A stretch of 33,631 nucleotides of DNA from an uncultured Pirellulaceae bacterium (GTDB lineage Bacteria > Planctomycetota > Planctomycetia > Pirellulales > Pirellulaceae), in the NCBI GenBank assembly GCA_964418725.1, contig CAYQMZ010000004.1:1-33631 (forward strand), given 5' to 3'. The translations under genes were made by a program, and so were the position numbers. Under the pieces are notes generated by a model. It had not been told where the DNA came from and made no database searches. It worked only from the letters and a program-made list of their open reading frames with translations. Below are positions 30,019 to 33,631 of the stretch, piece after piece; the stretch's first letter is position 1, and each line of letters begins with the position of its first letter.

Positions 30019-30063
30019 CTCACTGGCGAGCACCTCACTGGCGAGCACCTCACTGGCGAGCAC
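30019..30063. repeat. Perfect 3 x 15-bp tandem direct repeat CTCACTGGCGAGCAC, preceded by a degenerate fourth copy (30004-30018, 10/15 matches)
   Basis: Read directly from the sequence; copies lie at 30019-30033, 30034-30048 and 30049-30063. The repeat sits in the 404-bp divergent intergenic region between the STK start (29740, minus) and the response-regulator start (30145, plus), 82 bp upstream of the latter. Confidence 0.9.
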
Positions 30064-30144
30064 TCGGGCCCCTGGGGATTCCCTCAACTACTGCCTGTGG
30101 TCCTTAGGCTGGCGTCCTATGTTTCGTGCAGCGAAATGTGACGA

Positions 30145-30681
30145 ATGCAGAATTCGATTTCAGTATGCGGGTGGGAATTTATGCCACAAACAAACGGTTC
30201 GGCAGATTCAGTCTGCGACAAAAAAGTCGTCCTCATCGATGATGATGAAGTCATGATTGAAATCGTTACTCATCTACTTAACGAAGCTGGGTTCTCGAGG
30301 ATCCATAGCTTCATGAAGTCTACCGAAGCATTGGAAGAGCTCCGCTACCTGAAGCCCGACGTGATCATCACCGACATTCACATGCCTCACCTAAGCGGAA
30401 CGTTTCTTGCCAAATTGGTCAGCGACTTTCCGCAGCTAAATGCCGTGCCCTTATTGGCCATGACCGCTGACGACTCCCACGAAACGCGAGACTTGGCACA
30501 AAAGAACGGATTCTTCGATATCGTTTACAAGCCCATCAATGCCGGAACACTACTTGCAAAGGTCTGCACTGCGATAGCGATTGGAGATCACAGCAAGCGA
30601 GTTCGAGCCGAACTACGCACCTCAGCGGCAGCCGATACGTCAGTGCAGGAAGGCGTCGTTTTCGACCTCTTTCGCAGATAG
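30145..30681 (+). CDS. Stand-alone CheY-like response regulator (receiver domain only, canonical catalytic residues)
   Basis: The ORF is 178 aa, with an alternative ATG at 30181. Receiver residues are all present: VVLIDDDE (acidic pair), DVIITDIHMP (phospho-acceptor Asp), LLAMTAD (Thr) and VYKPI (Lys-Pro). A short C-terminal tail follows, with no DNA-binding domain. Confidence 0.85.
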   Translation: MQNSISVCGWEFMPQTNGSADSVCDKKVVLIDDDEVMIEIVTHLLNEAGFSRIHSFMKSTEALEELRYLKPDVIITDIHMPHLSGTFLAKLVSDFPQLNAVPLLAMTADDSHETRDLAQKNGFFDIVYKPINAGTLLAKVCTAIAIGDHSKRVRAELRTSAAADTSVQEGVVFDLFRR

Positions 30682-30688
30682 TCTTTAA

Positions 30689-30730
30689 AGGTCTCGAGAC
30701 CTGTTTAGCAATCCCGAAAGGCGTGCCTTT
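30689..30730. terminator. Candidate bidirectional terminator region between convergent genes: 14-bp perfect palindrome AGGTCTCGAGACCT (30689-30702) and hairpin AAAGGC-GT-GCCTTT (30717-30730)
   Basis: Both are read directly from the 90-bp gap between the RR stop (30681) and the methyltransferase stop (30772). Neither has a clear U-tract, so the terminator function is a guess. Confidence 0.3.
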
Positions 30731-30771
30731 GCAGCTTCGCTCTATCAGCTAACGACATTTTGAAACTGATA

Positions 30772-32259
30772 CTAAGGACGCGATCCCGGCGTCATATAAC
30801 AAAGGTGGTAGAGTTGAAAAAGGGAACTCTCGGCCCGCCCCCCTTGTCGCTTTAGATGTTCTTGAGCCGTCTCAGTCCTGACATTGCTGAAGCCCATATT
30901 CGATAGCCAGGCGGTTGGGTCTCGCACGCCAAAAACAAACTCTTCGCCGAGCCGTTCCATGGCGGAGAAAAAGGCATTTGCCTCAGGGTACGCGGAACTT
31001 CGATCCAAGACCGCCTGATCGACGAAGTCACACCAGACAATCGATTCGGGGTGCCCCAAAACTTCTCGCAGTGATGACAGAATGCTCTGATTGTCCTGCT
31101 CGTCGAAATACATGGAGCAACCTTCGTAGACGGCAATCGTCTTGGCCGAAGGAACGAATCCATTTTTCAGTAGCTGTTCACCGATATTTTGACGGGTGAA
31201 GTCTGCTGGAATGCAGTAGCGGTTAGCCCCATGCAATCGTCCAGATTCGACTACCCGGTCGCGCTCCGACAACATCTCAGGCAGATCGAGCTCGAAGATA
31301 CGAATACCGGGTTCCAAGCGAAGTCGATACGGACGCATGTCTAGTCCGGCGCCAACGAGCACCAGCTGCTCAAGGTCGCCATGACATCGAATCACCTGAT
31401 CGACGCTCTCGGTGCGAGCCCTCACAAACTGACCGAGCTGAGGAAGTTTCTTACTCAGCTCTTGCGCCAACAGGCGACCGTGTGGCCCCGCAGCCAAATC
31501 ATCAAAACACACGTTGGGCGGATCGACTCGATGCCTTCGACCATCACCTCGTTGAAGCGAGTCAGTCGTTCGAGATTCCGGATTCGCGTACGTCGCGCTG
31601 CGATACTCCCGAGACAATCGTGCTCGTATGCCTGCAATCATGCGAGCTGACGCCTTCAGTTTTTGTGCTGCATGAGTCGACAACCCACCTTCCCCCGCCT
31701 CCTGCAAAGATCGTGTGGACTGTAGAAAGTACCTTCCTTCACCGGAGGCTACCTGTTCTCCATTGGAGAAAAAGTTGATCTCTAGCGTTACGAGGCAGCG
31801 TTTTCCCCGTTCGTATCGCTGACGAATCTTTGAGATCAAATCGGAAGGGACTCTGCACTTGCCATATAAATGTCCAGTGCTTGGCTTCAAGTATCTCATT
31901 TTCAACCCAACGAGCCACAACGATGCTGAAGTCTCGGGGTGACACGGATGGATTCCAGCTAAAGGAATGCCGGTCAATACAGTGGTTAGCGCCATTCCGC
32001 CGGTGTAGTCGGCAGACAACGCGATGATGGCGGCTTGGTGAGTTCCATGCTGATTTGTCGTTTCGTGATTCAAGGGCAACAAGGTCTCAGCGTAGCCAAA
32101 TTCCGTCGAGACGATCTTCCAGTTCGTCGCCCTGAGAGCGTGCACCGAGTTGCGTGCCAATCGCGTCATGTAGTCCGGGTGAATCCGACTTTCCCAATCA
32201 GACTTGAGTTCCTGTTGCCGGGTGAACGTTAGCGCTGCATTTGCGTCAGGGCGTATCAT
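30772..32259 (-). CDS. Fusion protein: N-terminal hotdog-fold (PaaI/4HBT/YiiD_C-like thioesterase-type) domain + C-terminal class I SAM-dependent O-methyltransferase of the LCMT / mycobacterial Omt-like family
   Basis: This is a 495-aa ORF with an ATG start at 32259. The N-terminal ~190 aa reads ...NQHGTHQAAIIALSADYTGGMAL...LWLVGLKMRYLKPSTGHLYGKCRV...CLVTLEINFFSNGEQVASGEGRYFL, a hotdog pattern. The C-terminal ~230 aa has LVLVGAGLDMRPYRL (the GAGLDTR motif I of the LCMT-like family), IFELDLPEM and IAVYEGCSMYF. Confidence 0.65.
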   Translation of the reverse strand: MIRPDANAALTFTRQQELKSDWESRIHPDYMTRLARNSVHALRATNWKIVSTEFGYAETLLPLNHETTNQHGTHQAAIIALSADYTGGMALTTVLTGIPLAGIHPCHPETSASLWLVGLKMRYLKPSTGHLYGKCRVPSDLISKIRQRYERGKRCLVTLEINFFSNGEQVASGEGRYFLQSTRSLQEAGEGGLSTHAAQKLKASARMIAGIRARLSREYRSATYANPESRTTDSLQRGDGRRHRVDPPNVCFDDLAAGPHGRLLAQELSKKLPQLGQFVRARTESVDQVIRCHGDLEQLVLVGAGLDMRPYRLRLEPGIRIFELDLPEMLSERDRVVESGRLHGANRYCIPADFTRQNIGEQLLKNGFVPSAKTIAVYEGCSMYFDEQDNQSILSSLREVLGHPESIVWCDFVDQAVLDRSSAYPEANAFFSAMERLGEEFVFGVRDPTAWLSNMGFSNVRTETAQEHLKRQGGRAESSLFQLYHLCYMTPGSRP

Positions 32260-32606
32260 ATTGGCACCGTATTGATTGAGTGATTCCGAACCAAGTACGC
32301 CGACTCTAACGTACTCGGCTTTTGTTGTGTGGCCTCCGTTACGAAGTTCGCTGAGGGATATCCGCTAACAAATCTCTTACGTAATTGAATTGCGAGAGAG
32401 ACCGCAATCGATGGGCCGCAGTGCCTACCGAACCTTCAAGGTTCAACACCGGGCACCGAAAGAATTACATGTTGCAAGTGGGTGCATGGTGCCGGTGATA
32501 GATACTATTGCCTTGCTTTGGTGCGAACCAACGGCACGTTGCGACTGGAACCGTACCGCTGCAACACGAAAGACGTGCCGCGTTCCATCTCTTACGGAGC
32601 CCGAAT

Positions 32607-33631
32607 TCAGATGCCGCTGTCGGGCTGGAGATTTCTCGACACGACACGCGTAATCTCAGCCGCCAAGTACTCCCCCATCGACTCATCACGAGATCGAATC
32701 TTCGCAACTCCCATTTCTCCTGGTAAGAGATCGAATTCAGCTTTCGCCCGTGGAGCCAACGCGACTTCGACGTGGGGGCGAAGGAACTTCAAACCCTCGA
32801 TGCTCTCTTGAGTTCTAGACAGGTCGTCGGACGCAAATCGCTTCTCACCCTGCGCTGAATCCATCACAGGCAATGGCCCACTGTTGCTGGCGGCGAATGC
32901 CGGGATCTGAATTATCTGTGATGCTCTAGGTGGAATCTGGCTAACGCTACATTCCAGCAACTTACCGACTTGCCCCCAAATCCGAGCCGTGACTTTTGGC
33001 TGTTTCGCTGATCGAAGCCATTTCGCCTCGTCTTGGTCGACAAGGCCAATCAGTTTCGGACGCTCGCTGGAACCGACTTCCATGATCTCCATGCCAGGTT
33101 GAGCGAACATCCCAAGCTTTGAGTCCAGCTCAAATGTCGAAACTGTTCCTGCGATCGGTGCGCGGATGACCAACCGATCAATCAGATCGCCAAGCTCTTT
33201 CACTCGATCGGCAATAACGTCTATTCGATCCAACTGCTTCTGCAATTCAGCAATTTCTCCGTTCGCTTCAAGGCTCCGAGCTTTCAATTGCTCCGATTCC
33301 AGTTGAAGCTTTGTTGCGACGTGCTCTTGCACCAATTCTGTGTTGCGAAGAACAGCCAAAGGTTGATGCTGACCTACCTGCTGGCCGGTGCCCACAAATA
33401 TGCGGTCTACGAATCCATTCGCTTCAGCTCGTACAACTACCAAATCGTCGTATTTGACGATGACAGGAAACGTTATGGCGGCTGGGGCCGGCACAAAGAG
33501 GAGAATTCCCCAGACGCACGCCAACAATAGGGTTGTGGTCAAGCAGAATCGAAGTCTATTCACACCGGACGTTTTGTTTCCACCAACCAGGTACACGCAC
33601 AATCGGCATAGCGGTACGACCAACCAGAACA
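32607..33631 (-). CDS. HlyD-family / RND-type periplasmic adaptor (membrane fusion protein), N-terminus uncertain and possibly beyond the right edge
   Basis: The track ORF starts at TTG 33623, but the frame stays open to the window end. Features are a TM helix (LLLACVWGILLFVPAPAAI), VVVRAEANGFVDRIFVGTGQQVGQHQPLAVLRN (lipoyl-like), a coiled-coil (LQLESEQLKARSLEANGEIAELQKQLDRIDVIADRVKEL), then VIRAPIAGTVSTFELDSKLGMFAQPGMEIMEVG. Confidence 0.7.
   Translation of the reverse strand, partial: FWLVVPLCRLCVYLVGGNKTSGVNRLRFCLTTTLLLACVWGILLFVPAPAAITFPVIVKYDDLVVVRAEANGFVDRIFVGTGQQVGQHQPLAVLRNTELVQEHVATKLQLESEQLKARSLEANGEIAELQKQLDRIDVIADRVKELGDLIDRLVIRAPIAGTVSTFELDSKLGMFAQPGMEIMEVGSSERPKLIGLVDQDEAKWLRSAKQPKVTARIWGQVGKLLECSVSQIPPRASQIIQIPAFAASNSGPLPVMDSAQGEKRFASDDLSRTQESIEGLKFLRPHVEVALAPRAKAEFDLLPGEMGVAKIRSRDESMGEYLAAEITRVVSRNLQPDSGI

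Noticed and set aside
30004-30063. Possibility that the 15-bp repeats are a CRISPR array
   Set aside because: The repeats are directly abutting with no spacers, the unit is too short, and no cas genes are present.
29892-30107. 71-aa ORF that reads the 15-bp tandem repeat as HWRAP-HWRAP-HWRA
   Set aside because: It lies in the intergenic region, has no plausible signal or domain, and its repeat-encoded peptide is a by-product of the DNA repeat. It is more likely non-coding. Only Ribo-seq could rescue it.
30852-32232. Short ORFs on both strands inside the hotdog-methyltransferase gene
   Set aside because: They are overlapped by a 495-aa ORF with clear methyltransferase motifs, and none has motifs of its own.
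32390-32811. ORFs 32390-32653(+), 32482-32811(+), 32508-32726(+) and 32465-32707(-) around the 32260-32606 gap
   Set aside because: Their translations are Arg/Cys-rich, they overlap each other and the 3' end of the MFP gene, and they have no motifs. A small gene in the 347-bp gap cannot be fully excluded.
14640-33631. Calling a complete type I secretion system for the giant RTX protein using the two HlyD-family genes
   Set aside because: No ABC exporter or TolC-like gene is present in the window. One MFP is embedded in a GT2 cluster and the other is truncated. The C-terminal secretion signal of the giant protein is not in the window.
1-33631. Mobile elements, prophage, tRNA/rRNA, toxin-antitoxin or defence-system genes
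   Set aside because: I saw no transposase, integrase or recombinase motifs, no terminal inverted repeats flanking a block, and no tRNA-like cloverleaf in the five intergenic gaps. Every ORF longer than 170 aa in 22248-33631 was assigned to signalling, envelope or polysaccharide functions.

Overview
All calls below are by-eye translation and motif recognition; no BLAST, HMM or structure search was run. Taxonomy is a guess: about 53-55% GC with giant DUF4347/RTX proteins, many Ser/Thr kinases and PEP-CTERM proteins suggests Planctomycetota (Pirellulales-like). Positions 1-22247 on the minus strand are the first 22.2 kb of one giant ORF of at least 7,415 codons whose 3' end runs off the left edge. 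The supplied ORF track does not list it, which fits an ORF with no stop codon inside the window. The roughly 100 short ORFs listed there are off-frame shadows. Hand translation gives a mosaic Ca2+-binding adhesin-like protein. Its parts are an N-terminal DUF4347-like domain, cadherin-like modules and a ~5-kb RTX nonapeptide block. Thrombospondin-type-3-like Asp arrays then alternate with different lectin-type domains (PA14-like, discoidin/F5-8C-like, CBM-like), and at least 7 Calx-beta-like repeats follow. The remaining 11 kb holds a divergently transcribed secreted PEP-CTERM-type protein and a co-directional minus-strand cluster. That cluster runs Ser/Thr kinase, HisKA protein with an eroded ATPase domain, receiver-like::TM::HlyD/MFP fusion, multi-CxxC zinc-ribbon protein, and a processive membrane GT2 synthase. 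Beyond it lie a stand-alone CheY-like regulator, a hotdog::methyltransferase fusion and a second HlyD-family adaptor cut by the right edge. The most interesting candidate is the kinase/pseudo-two-component/MFP/Zn-ribbon/GT2 cluster. It reads as a synthase-dependent exopolysaccharide machine of the Alg8/Alg44 or BgsA/BgsB type, with phospho-signalling parts where c-di-GMP sensing normally sits. It lies next to a lectin-studded giant adhesin and a PEP-CTERM protein. No rRNA, tRNA, CRISPR array, transposase or integrase was recognised.
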